A DNA stretch of 64,000 bases from Camelus dromedarius. Its lineage: Eukaryota. Positions 14,310 through 27,050 of this stretch are shown piece after piece. Below the pieces are notes generated by a model. The model did no database searches, had not been told where the DNA came from, and saw only the letters and a program-made list of their open reading frames with translations. Made by a program: the position numbers and the translations under genes. Numbering within the stretch: position 1 is the stretch's first letter; every line of letters begins with the position of its first letter. The stretch covers positions 77,564,001-77,628,000 of the forward strand of contig NC_087436.1 in assembly GCF_036321535.1 (NCBI RefSeq), given 5' to 3'.

Positions 14310-15310
14310 ATATTGGGGAGACTACTTGTTGAATGCCTGCTCTGCTGGGCACTAGACTAGGGATTAGGGACACTAAAATTAATAATATAATGCTCTGCCC
14401 TCCAGAAGCTTAACTTTTAAGCCAACTCATACTTGTTTAATTTACTAAGGGGCTGACTGGCTTTCAATGATTTATTTTCAGTGGTTCAACTTTTGGTAAA
14501 TTGGCCTGCTTCTGAGAACTTCTAAGAAGTTCTGAAAACTGAGAATATAGTAGTAGGAATAGATGATTAAATGATTTTAATTAGTGGGATAAAGAGTGTG
14601 ACAGAAGTTTTCACAAGATTGATGGTCTAAAGAAGCACCTAGACGAATTTCTGGACGAGGCGATACCTAAGGCAAGTCCTGATGAAGAAGAAGGAAATAG
14701 CCAGGCAGAGGTAAGACATCTACAATAAAAGAATTAGAAAAGAGGATGTGTTTGAGGAACTCTGAGCCAATGAGACCTGCTGGAACGAAGTGTCTGCAGG
14801 AGGATGTGCCTGGCGGGACGTGAAGGAGAGGTGAACAGCAACCAGACCATGGAAGGTCTCGTGCTCCACCCATGCATTTGTATTCTGTTTTGACAAACCT
14901 GGGAAAACTAGACAGAACAAGCTGAAATATCAGTAGGATAGAGGTAAGAAGAAATGGAAGAAAGGACATTTTAATTTGTAGATTAGATGACGTGGGACCA
15001 AAGAGAGAAAAAGAGAGGCTGGGTTAATTCTTGAGCTGCAGGGCGGTGATGATTGCTTAGGGTAATGGATCAGTTGGAACTGGGGAGATGAGAGACAAGA
15101 GGGTCACTCAAGGGGCACTTGTAATAATTCATGAAGGAATCATCAGGCAGTGACAGAGGTCTAGAAAGAAGAAAACAGATGTGAAAAATATTTTGGAAAC
15201 AGTATTAACGTGATTTAGAGACCTATTGGCTATGAGGGAGGAAGAAATTGCAGATGACCTAGTGATCTTTAGCCTGGGAAACTGGGAAAGTGGTGATGGC
15301 ATTAAACAAT
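14310..15310 (-). mobile_element. Diverged L2 fragment(s)
   Basis: Purine-rich, with TACTTGTTGAATGCCTGCTCTG...GGGCACT and TAGCCTGGGAAACTGGGAAAGTGGTGATGGCATTAA typical of reverse L2. Confidence 0.5.
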
Positions 15311-18300
15311 ATTAAACCTAGTAAGTGGCACAGAGTTCATTGCGGACGTGGGACAAAAGCATACTTTATTATGTTGACTTGCACATAGCAGCCCAGCATC
15401 TTCATGGAGCAGCTGAAAGTTATCCAAGAGCTGAAACTGTAAAACTTAGTATGATTTTGAATTTGAAATGCTTCCTAAAATTTTGCCCAACCATGTCATT
15501 AATACATAAACAAGACGTATGGAAGTGGCTTTTGTACCACTCTCTGAGTCGTTTCTATATATTTTTACTTAGCAAAAGAAAAGGCATTAATATTTGCTGA
15601 ATCCTTATTACATGCAAGCACTATTTCAGAGTATTTTTGAATACTATGTCCTCTAATACTCACAAATTTTGAGGACAACGGTGTCCTGGAGAGTTCAGGA
15701 ACCTTAGGGGTAGTGACCTCTGACTATAGCCTAAACCTTAACTTTGTAAGTTACTGGCTTTCTACACAGCCTTGAAAATGCTCTTCTTTTCTGAGCACAA
15801 AGACATAGATAGAATCACACTTTATATTTTGAGGGCACTTAGCTTTGTACATCTTTGGTAAAGTGATAATCTGTTTGGTCTTGTGGTGTATGATAGGTTA
15901 AAATTGTAATATATCATTCAGACACTGGATGGCAACATTCTAAATAGGCTGGTCTACTTCCCCATGTCGGGGACAGTCTTACACAGGGTTTACATAAAAA
16001 CTAAGCTTCATTTCTGAAATCCTATTCTGTCTCTGGCTTTCTGAGCCTTGTATGGTGTTTTTGCCAACAGAAGATAGACAAGCCAATTTGGCTAAACCTG
16101 CCAGTCAGTCCATCCAAACACTTGCAACAGGTCAATCCTATTATACTTAATGATGGAAACAATACACATAGTAAATTAACTCCAGGAGGCCAAAAACTAA
16201 GTTTTCTCATAGTGAAACTAAGAATCTGAACCCATTCAAATAGTTTCTGTCCCACTGCAAAATGTGAGCATCGATAATTCTGCAGCATCCACATCTGATG
16301 AACATATTCTGAAATAGCTGTGGTCTGGGTGTGAATACGTTTCACGGTCCCCCAACCCGGGGACTCTGGGGAATCTTTCATTATATGGGTCTGATTGGGG
16401 CAGCATAACACGAGATTAGAAGTTTGAGGGGCAAGAGGCGGAGAGAACAGAGTCAGTTGGCTGGAATTTGGTATTAAGACAAAAGGAGAAGGATTTTATG
16501 AGGAAATGAGGGAGAAGGGGCTCATTATCTGATTTATGTGTGCACGTAAAAAGAAAGAAGACTTTCCCTGGCCCCAAAGAAGGAATATAGAGCTGGGTGT
16601 ACTTTGATGCTTTTTGTTTGCTTGTTTGATGTGAGAGATTCAAGATTATGACTTGTAGCCAGACTTACACAATTTCAGAAAGTCATATGCCAGTTTCCTC
16701 TGGTGATTCACGGGCTAAACTCTGGAAAATCTCCCCACTTCCTCAAACTTTTCAGAGATAGACTTTAACAATAGATTAGAAATCCAAGCTAATGAATAAG
16801 TTACTGAGGGCAGCCATGTGTCATAGAAGCACAGATTTTGGCCATCTCCCTGGGCAGTGTCGCAAAATGGTAATAAGAAAAAGTAGTATTAGGAATTAAA
16901 TTCAACCAAAACCACCTGGTAAGGTTCAGTTTGCGGGAACGGCTGTCAGAGTTGAACCTGCTTCGAGAGCCAATGCATACTTGGGCCTGGAGGGATTTAT
17001 TCTTATCTGTAACAGTTGCTCTCCTAACCCCACTGCCATTCTCTTTACAGTACAAGTGATATTATGAAATGGGGGGGGGGGATTATACCTTAAAACAAAC
17101 AAAAACACTAGCTGCAAAAAGTTGTTCCCGTGGAAAAAATCATAATACATGTATATCATGTAAGTGTTATCTTCTGCTTTCTAGTGTGACTTCTATGTGA
17201 GTCTGAGATTGCTGAAAATTAGAGAAGATGCTGAAATAGATCCAAATCATCTTAAGTTTGAAAAGCAAATCTCAAAAAAGCAGATATATCTTATTGGATT
17301 TCAATCCCTCTAATTTCTAAAAAGGGGTAGTTATATCTTCTCTGAGTAGCTGATTGCCCATTTCTGGGTCTACATCAACATAACAGCAATATGCTAAAGA
17401 AAAAGATTATATTTGGAAGTAATAGCATATGCATTTGTTTGAGCAGTAAGGGAAGTGAAACATCATTTTTATCATTGTATGTATATTTACATTGTTAATA
17501 TGCAGTTTCTAAAAAGTTTGAATGTCTACTATTTCTAGGCTTTTCATTACCCTTGTAGAGAGGTAGCAATGAAGATGTTTAGGCAGATGGTTGTGGAGGG
17601 ATGTTCACAAAGGTGTTTTAAAAGTGAAGTAGTAAAAAAGTTAAAATATAGTAATGCTGCATTTCCCCAACCCCAAGACTACGTATGGCTAGCTTCAGGC
17701 TTGGAAAACTAGAATGAAGGAGAGGAACAGAGGAGCATGACTGGCTTCTTGTCTGTTCTCCTGCCTCACTCTTGTGGTCCTCCTCCACAACTCAGTGGCT
17801 GCTGTTCCTGGTCTTTCTAAGGTGGGTGTTCAAATGGAAGGAGGTCAGGGAGAGAGGACACGGCATTAGGTACCTGGTGCAGTGATGACCTGGCATTGGT
17901 TCCCTGTGACTGTGGTGGCTGCGCAATCACTCTAACTCTTCTCTTGTGGGGTTCTTTTGAGGTCAGAATTTTCAACTTCTGGTCTCTGGCTACTTGGCTG
18001 CTTAGGTCATTCTTTCAGCCTTTGGTCTCAGAGGGTCCAGCCTTCTATTGAGGTGGCATGGCCCTTCAAGGCAGTCCTCTTAAATGAGATCTCTTTTAAG
18101 ATCACTCCTGGTAGGATCCTTTCCACCCACCCACATTTGCCCTCTGCCGGCATCTTCTCGCTCAGAAAATAGGTACTTATTGCCCTCAATCTTGTTTATA
18201 AAATTTGCTTCCTCTTCAGACGTCCCAGGCCCTCCCCTACCCTACCTGTAAATGACTCTGTGTTAGCATGCACAATAAGTAGATGCCCACTGAGACATTT

Positions 18301-20684
18301 TTACAACTGAAAAGGCATTGTCAAAGAACAGGACACATATATACATACACATACACACACACTCACACATACACGCAACTGTCTTTCAATCCAAGCTTAA
18401 TATAATTCAAAGATTTCTTCATTAATCAAGACATTTCTGGACTATTCACCAGGTAAACTAGGATCAGTGTCTCAGAAATGCAGAATTTTAAAGGGATTCT
18501 AAGTTTCACAAAAAAAAAACCCAAACCATCTCCTTGTTTGAGTTTGATATTAAGAACATGATCCGTATTATAAAACTTAGTCAAAGAAATTAACACCTAG
18601 AATAAGCTGAAGAGTTGCATTTGATGATTTTCTGTCATCTGAAAACACATGCCTATTTTCCAGCTTAAGTAAGATTTAAATAGGAGAGAGACCAAGACCT
18701 TAAAAATTTTTTCTAGGGTTCTAAAAAGTTCAAATATTTCTTATAAGTTATAACATAAAACTCAAGTAAAGAAGTTGTTTTTGTCCCTGGAGAGACATTT
18801 TTGTCCTCACCTACTTTTTTATTTAATTACCTAATATTTTAATAGAGATCGTCTTAAAACTCAGGAGGTAAAACAAGATAGAAAAGATGCATAAAGACTC
18901 TTGAGGTATAATGACCTCGGGCACAGATCAAAAACATGAGAGCCATTATTATTACAGGGGAAGGAAACAGGGGCTTCTAAATCAAATTAGTGGAGAAAAA
19001 GAAATAAACTTTCCACTGCCAAATTGTAATATTCAATACTATGAAATAAATCTATTTTCTAACATAAGTATAACATGAATCCTGTTCAATTGTAGTTTGA
19101 AAACTCTACCAAGAAGAAAAGCATAATCAGCAATCATTCAGAAAATAATCCAAAATTCAATAGAGAGGAACTTGTCCTCTCAGTTCATTTAAGATGTTCA
19201 ATATGCATTACATTTTTTGAATAATATCAAATATTGACTCAGTCCAAATGCCAGCTCCTTAAGGATCCAGTCATTTCTGACCCACCTTCAAGCAAACATT
19301 CCAGCTTCCAAATCCCTTGCCTGTAGAATACACGTGGGCAAAATTTAGTGGCACCAAGCAGCCTAAGGTATTATTCTCTTCTCTACCTATTTATGGCTGC
19401 ATTCAAAATGTATCTAATAAGTGCATATCACGTACCAGTCTCAGTGATGTGAATGATATTGCCTGTCTCTATGGGGTTTACTAAATAACAAGGATATGGG
19501 TAAACAAGTAATATAATATAATGTGGTAAGTACTGTAATTTGAGGTCGAGTATTCTGTGGAAGTACGTGGCCGGAGCAAGGAAATGTATTATGAGATCTG
19601 TGGGTGTGGAAGGGAGCAAACTCCAAGGAAGTGGTCTGTGTGGCTCTTTCCTCCCACCGCCTCCCTTCATTTTCTCCTCTATTTTTTCCCTCCCTTTTAT
19701 CTTATTCCAAATATCTTTCCTTTTTTTAATTCCTGTCCCCCCCTGCCTAGTATAAGTTCCTTTACTCTTTCTGCAGTTGGACTTGACCTAGGACTTGAGC
19801 AGCAGTCCTCTTTCTAGCTAAAACTCACTTAATTCATATCCAAATTCAGTTTCCTAAAACTACACAGAAACTTACATCCTTGCTGAGTGAGTAAGTGTTG
19901 AATTTGTCGAAGGATCAGGATTCAAATCCTGATTTTGCCAAGTTAGAACAGCTGTGTGGCTGAGGACAAATGGCCTCTCAGAGTCTCAGAGTCTTCATCT
20001 TCATGATGAACCTACCTTATCAGGACACTGAAAAGAGAAATGTAGTGAAAATCGTGTATAAAATGCAGTCAGTGGGACAAAAAGGGAATTTTACCATCAA
20101 AGGAACAAATAAGCCAAAAAAACACATATAATTTGACTTACTAGGGAGATATTTTAGGAGACTTTGTTTTGAAATACATGAGAAGTTATACTGCAGTTGT
20201 GCAATCTGCAAAATGAATCCAGTTGCAGAGTGGGGATAGTTGGGTCTATATCGTGCATAAAGTTCATTTTGTTTTTAATGGATTTGGCTACTGAAATGTG
20301 TAAGTACCTGAATATAACTGAGAGAATTTGGAGAAACGTTTTTTTAAGACTGTATTATGCTCATCATATATCCTACTCTTTCCATTTTTATAGCCTTTTT
20401 TTATGATAAAATGAAAGTGTCTTCCCATGTGAATCCTGGAAGCTATCTTAAACATGGAATGGACTCATTTAATTATTTCAGATACTTAAAAATGGATTTA
20501 TGCTATTGACCACAATTTTTCCTAAATATCTAAAGAATACTGAGCAGTCTACACTTGATTTTCCATCACCTGCAACTACAGAGCCCTCAAAGAAACAATA
20601 GCTCAAACAAAAAAAGGACATAATAGTGAATTACCATGGTCCTTGCATTTACAATAGACTTTCATCCAGGACCTAGAGCAAACT

Positions 20685-20700
20685 ATATATATATAGTTTA

Positions 20701-20753
<53 letters not shown>

Positions 20754-20768
20754 TATATACATATATAT
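20685..20768. repeat. (TA)n(CA)n microsatellite
   Basis: Direct reading of the sequence. Confidence 0.95.
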
Positions 20769-21313
20769 TTGTATCTTATAAAAAGATTTTTATCTGTTTT
20801 ATTTTCTTGTAAGGTATTTTTTAAGTTTCCCTTTCTTTGGACAAGGCAATGTTCAATTCAAGACATTTCAGAAGAACTATGTCTACTTTGCTTGTTGACT
20901 TATTCAGTCAGTCTTTGAACAAATACTTATGGAGGAACTAGTCTGTGCCAGGTAGCCTTTCAAGGGTTATTTCGTTTAACTCTCACAGCAACACTGTGAG
21001 GTACACAGTATCTCCCATTTAAAGGGTAAAGAAAGATACTTGGACAGAGACACACCAAATACAATTTTGTCAAAAGTACATATAGTCTTTCTGTCGCCCA
21101 TATCTATTAGTTTGCTCATCTAAGCACACTGAGCTTAGATGTCAAGACCTGTTTTGCACTGTTTTTCAATGGCCCCCCTTCACTGTAAAAAGGCACTTGG
21201 GAGTCACTGTGTCTTCTCAGCTGAGGGCTCCTGACTGGATTTCCACATCACACAGCCAACCCTGTGGTAGAACCCAGAAGAGGGAACAGGAATCCTCCTC
21301 CTGTCTAGAGGAT

Positions 21314-21329
21314 CTGCCACCTAGTGGTG
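21314..21329 (-). promoter_or_regulatory. Candidate CTCF site
   Basis: Reverse complement CACCACTAGGTGGCAG matches the CTCF core CCASYAGRKGGCRS. Confidence 0.55.
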
Positions 21330-23561
21330 AAGCTTAGCAACACTTTTTGTTGTCTACTCAGGCCACAGCTTTCTTTAAACCGTACTTTTCTTAGCTCTAC
21401 ATAGGGGTCCAGCTTTGCTCAGCTGCCTCCAATGAGCCATGCAGACATATTTTCATGCAAATTAGCTAGCAGGCAGAATTTCTAGGCAGGACAAGAAACC
21501 TCTTTGGTCCTCTCCTCCTTGAGAAAAGGGCCAAAGTGCACCCCTTAATCAAATGCTCCTTCCTCGGGAAAGGCATAACACTCTGTATCCAACAAAAAAC
21601 ACTCAGGCACAAACTGCAAAGAGACATGACAGAGATTCAGTTGACAGAATTAGATGTTGGGGGCTTCTGGATTCCTAAATTATCTGCCCTATTGTTTCTC
21701 TGGCTTTCAAAAATTGGCCAGTATTTTCCTCCTTGGTGTCCTGCTATTTTAACTTATAAAATACAAATTTCACTATTGCTCACCAAATGACAAACGTAAA
21801 GTGTTTTGGAATTTTCAGAGGAACAGTGTTTTTGCAGACACTGCCGTTTGCCAAAAATTTTCAAGTTGAAGTCTGAAGGAGTCGGAGACTTTAATTAAAT
21901 GACCAGGCAAGAAGTGTATCATTTCTAAGTCTGGGGTAGGTAGATCATTTTGTATTTTAGGTTACAATCCAATTCTGCCACTGAAACATTCATAATATTG
22001 AGACTTGGGGCCAGGATGAGATTTTGTTTTGGAGTGGGAATGAATCGAGTCACTCATTCCCAGATAAAATGCACACAGTCAAGAGCCCCATGACTATCTG
22101 TGAGACAGATGGGAACTCCTGATGCATACCAGGCAACTGTTCTTTAGCAAAGAAAACAAAAACCCAGGTGCAGAATGTATTGGAACAGTGCAGATGGGCC
22201 TTCAAGGGTGTTCACTGTTTACAAGAAAAGGGAACGGCGCTCTCATCACTGAGCGACCACTCTTCCTGGGGTTCTGTTTCCCCCAGCTGGTCCCAAGCAG
22301 CATAGACCCGCAAAGGCCAGAGCAGCAGCTGTCAATGACCTCTGGCCCTTCAAAGGGAGAGGCTGGGTGGCCGCTTTCACCCTGTCAAGATGTGCTAATT
22401 ACATGAATGCTGAGAGTCAGAGCCTACAGACCAGTACGGTTTTTCTATAGCAAGTCGGCCTCCTGCTCATCTTTCTCTTGTCTTAAGTCCTGTTAAGGAA
22501 AACAATTTGCATCTGTTTCTATACAGATCTCTGGCATCTTTTCCATCCAGTTGTATGTTATCAGCTCCCAGTTCTGTCTGAAACATGCAATTATTTGGGG
22601 AATTGAAAGTCAACTCTAAGAGGAATTTGGAAAGAGAGAAGCACCCTCTTGAGATCTGCTCTCTGCCAGGTGCATATCCGTTACGTCCAAAGCCTCATCT
22701 GATCATCATAATCCCGAGAAGAGAACATTGCTGTTCCCACTTGGCAGGCGAGGAAACCGAGGCTCAGGAAACCTGGTACTCTTCACTGCACTCCAGTCTC
22801 TCCTCTCCTCATTATCTTCCCCATGACCCCATTAATCTTTTTAAAATTCTGATTATCCCATGCTCCTTATCTAGTCAAGGAAGTACAGACCCCCCTGTCT
22901 GTCTTTTAAGATGTAGTCTCAGCCTGACCCACATCAGCTATATTGGCTGCGTCGCAGGTTTCTGCCCTTCCTCGTGCAACTAAGTCCTCTCTGACATTCT
23001 ATCTTACCCTTCGTTCTCCCTCTTCTCCCAGGGTAATCCTACTGTATTTTGCAGTTCTACACAAATATCTCCCTCATGAAACCTTTTCTCCACTTTTAGT
23101 GTATGTTGAACCCATTATAACTCTCATCGTGTTAGACTTGTACCTGTTCTCTCAGTCCATCAAAGATGATGTTGAACCATCTAGGCCCACACTTAAAACC
23201 ATCACCAAAAAACAATATTTTAGGGATCTCCCTGAGATGCTCTATTAGGCATCAGGTGAGAATTAGAGGGGAAAAGCCTGATTTCTGATCTCTTCTGAGC
23301 TAGGTTGAAGGAGAGAGATCAAGAGAGAAACAGAGAGAAGAGAACAGAGCCACATAACACACTATAAACTAAGTATGCAGATAATAATGTGAAATTGAGT
23401 TTCTGAGTAAAAATCTATTATCATTCTGTTTTAGCTAGAGGTTTGGAAATCAAAGATTTTTCAGACATATATATTCTCTAGGGATGGGTCTGGGGAAGGA
23501 AAATTCACATTAAGTCTCTACAATTGATGCGAGCCTATTCGTTATCTCATTTTATACATGA

Positions 23562-23777
23562 GCAGAGATGTGCTGATAAAGACTTAACAATAGGCTCTCT
23601 GAAATAAAAAGGAAGCCTTGATTTGTAGTCTTTGCCAATTGATTTAGTGTAAATATTTCCACTAATACTGTTTCGATTTCAAGCTACTAATGGAACATCT
23701 CTGATCAGAGAGTTAGCAGAGATGGCACACTGGGCTCTCACGGGCTAGTACAAGCCCCCTCCTCCTGCACACCACTC
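23562..23777. mobile_element. MER63-like hAT-Blackjack element
   Basis: CAGAGATGTGCTGATAAA...GGCTCTCT at one end and GGCTCTCACGGGCTAGTACAAGCC...GCACACCACT at the other. Confidence 0.6.
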
Positions 23778-24261
23778 TACAAGCCTAGTATTATCCCAGT
23801 TAAGCATATGAGGAAACTGAGCATCAGAGAGGTTTTGTACCTTGTGCACGACCACACTGTAAACGGAGGGAGGAGATGTGCTTTTAGTCTGATATGTAAG
23901 ATTACAAATTCCATTCTTTTCTGCTACAGCACACTGTCTGGACAGCCTCGAGAAGTGACAGAACTAAGGACACTGAGTATAGACACTTCTCAGTCCCTTG
24001 ATGCTTCTGCCAGGAGTAGGGAAGCAGAAGGCAAAGGAATAGTCCCCTGATGGACAAGTCTTCAAAATATTTCAACAGGGGAGAAATGTCTGGTAGCACA
24101 TAGTGATGATCCTCAGAAAGACAGAGATGAGCAGGAACCGAGCTTCTGCCTTTGTACGCAATCCGCCCTCTACTTATACAAGCCCATCACTTTAATACAA
24201 ACACACTGCTTTCCTTCAAGCCTTAGCCACACAATGAATTTCTCCTTGTAGTTTGTATTTT

Positions 24262-24388
24262 TTCCCCTCCCTCGTTTCTTTCCTTCCTTCCTACCTACTT
24301 TACTTCCTTCCCTCCTTCCTTCCTTCTTTCCTCCTTTCTTATCTTCCTTCTTTCTTCCTTTCCTTCTTCCTCATTTCTTTCTTTCCCT
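24262..24388. repeat. (CCTT)n-like low-complexity tract
   Basis: Degenerate TTCC/CTTT repeats. Confidence 0.85.
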
Positions 24389-26163
24389 AATGCTATTTTA
24401 TTGTTGTTCTTTGACTATCAAGGATCTAAAATAATACATGATGCTGTTTACCAATGTTGAATATCACGTATAATTCATCCTGAGTTGAATTTAGCCTGAG
24501 TCATTTGGCCAAGTAGGATATAAAAAAGTAGTCACCGAGTCAGGATCTGTAATGGAGTGGTCAAATGTGTGTTGTGAGGGTCAAATAAATTTACCCAGAG
24601 GCATGTGAAACACTCCCATCAAAAGTTTGGAGTGAAAGATTTATTTCTGGGATATCAAACTGAATTTTGTTTCTTCTCAGTATGTACAAAACAAGGTGAA
24701 AGTCTAAATGGCCATGCATGTAACTTTCAGATCCTAATAGCTTACGCAGAAGAAAGGATTATTGTACTATAAGGAATGCACAAAGTACACTTCCTTTTAT
24801 TCCGTTAACAAACTTGCCTGATACACTGTTTAACAGTAAAAGGAATTTCTAACTCAGCCTTTATAATTGAAAGGTGCCGATCTCTAATAGTTGACTTTGC
24901 ATATCCAGTGAAATACAAAATAACTCAGGATCAAAAGAAGCCTTCCAGTGAAATCAAATGAGACTTTTAAAAAGTCACACACTTGGGAGTCACTTTGTAG
25001 CCCTTAGCGTCTTGTCTAAACTATTCCCAAGGGGAGAATTAGCCCCTCTCCCACCCACCAGCACCCTCTTTGCGTCTCCCATTTGTCAAGACATTTGTCA
25101 GCACACAGCGGGATCCAAAGTGCCTGGACTTTGTCAGATTCTCTTCTGGGAAGTGAAGCAAAGCTGTCTAAAGTCACTCACACAGACACCTCCTTACAAT
25201 GAACAGAACCCAGCCTGCGTGAAACCTGCCCCTCGTGAACCAGGCACGTGGAGCAGAGCTCCCTGAGTTGCTGTGACAGTCTACCCCGAGGACCATTAAG
25301 GGACAAGAAACAGGGATCAAGACTGCATCTGAGTGTCTCCATCCTCAGTTTCTTCATCTTTACATTAGATGGGATCTGGACCAGATGGTTTTAAGGTGGT
25401 TTCCAGCTTGAAATCTTTATAACATAAATAAAAGCATTCCCGGGCTGTAGTTTACTTTTTTTAACTGCATAGATAAGATTTGGGGATTCTACAAGTGAAA
25501 GAAAGGATTTTAACTCTTGGACTATTTGCCCTAAACAGAAAAAGTATGATGCACCAGTGTGTGCTTTGGAACTTTGGTCAGCCTGGAAATTCTGCAACAG
25601 AGGCTGTCTAAGGAAAAGATCTCAGGAGAGGATGCTACCTGTCTGCCCAGTAGGGAAAGGACTTATCCATTTAGCACCCACCGTGGGTTAGATGCTTGAA
25701 GTAAGAACACAGAAAAGGCAGCATCTTGGTGGGGTCACCATCTCCCATGGTCTGGTCCTGAGCCTTCATGGCTTGGAGCATATTAATAGGTGCTTCACTT
25801 CTCTTTGAGATGAATAGTTTCCAACAGCCTGTCTCACATTGGTGAAATAATAATAACCGACAATAATAACCGCTACGTGAGGACCATGTTAGGCTATTTC
25901 CTCACAGTGTGTGTTTTAGTTCTCCCTAGAGACTCATCAGTCCCCTGTTACTAGACGAGGAAGCTCAAGTTCAGAAATGTTGAGTGACTTGCCCCGAATC
26001 ATGCAGACTGTAGGAGACAGAGCTTGGTTTCAAAGCCTGGTCTCTCTAATTATAAAGCTAATTTTCCCTGCTATTCCTGTACTAAGTGTGGTCCAAAGAC
26101 TACCTGCATCAGAATCACTTGGGGTGTCTATTCATAATAGACCCCAGGCCAGACCTTCCAAAT

Positions 26164-26165
<2 letters not shown>

Positions 26166-26219
<54 letters not shown>
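26166..26219. repeat. (TG)n microsatellite inside a MER5-like fragment (about 26080-26310)
   Basis: Perfect TG run, flanked by AAGTGTGGTCC...CCTGCATCAGAATCACTTGGGG. Confidence 0.9.
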
Positions 26220-26221
<2 letters not shown>

Positions 26222-26859
26222 TGGTGGAAGAGGGGTGGAAATCTAGATTTTTTTGGAAACAAATTCCTCAAGTGATCATTTCACCCATTCACCTTTGAGA
26301 AATTCTGCACAATACTATATTGCCTTTCTGCGTAAAACTTACAGAACCTGATCTGACCCAAAATGCAATTATAGAAAGAATTACCAAAATAAATAGAGAT
26401 GCCAGAACGTGGTAAAACTCAGGGTGGCTGGGTCTGTTCTGTCCCCAGCACGTGAGAAACTGAACTCCTCTTGGAAGGGGCCCGCTGAGCGAGCGTGAAG
26501 TGCAGAGGGGTTTGGATGAGCTGAAGTGTAACAACATCATGTCTGGGTCCACAGTGGGCCTAAACCTGATAGGAGAACCTCTGCACTGGCAGGATCTAAT
26601 CTGCGCTGATAAATTCTTGCTCTTTGTCTCTCTTGACCAATTCCAATCTCCCATTGATACACGCCATCAGTCAGTGTGCAATAACGTTGACGAGGCTGTG
26701 GTTCTTGTTTTTATCTTCTGAAGAAATAGATTAGATACCTCAGTTAGAAAAGGACACTTTCCTGATTGCACTTCTGCAAACTGTTTCTTCAGCAGGGAAC
26801 TTCAATTCTGAGTTAATTTAAATAGCTAGGACTTACATACACTGTTCAAAGAACTTGAC

Positions 26860-27050
26860 TTGTTTTGTCTTAATCTTACTTAATTAGACAGCCCTACTGG
26901 TAATTGTCCTCATTTCTTGCAGATGCAGAAACTGAGACACAGAGAGGTCAGGTAAATCTCAGAGGGTCACACAGCTGTAAGCAGCAGAACCAGGATTTGA
27001 ACACATGCAGCTGAGCCCCAGTTCATCTTCTTATCCACTCTGATATATTG
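26860..27050 (-). mobile_element. MIR SINE
   Basis: CAGATGCAGAAACTGAGACACAGAGAGGTCAGGTAA...GGTCACACAGCT...GGATTTGAACAC is the MIR core. Confidence 0.8.
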
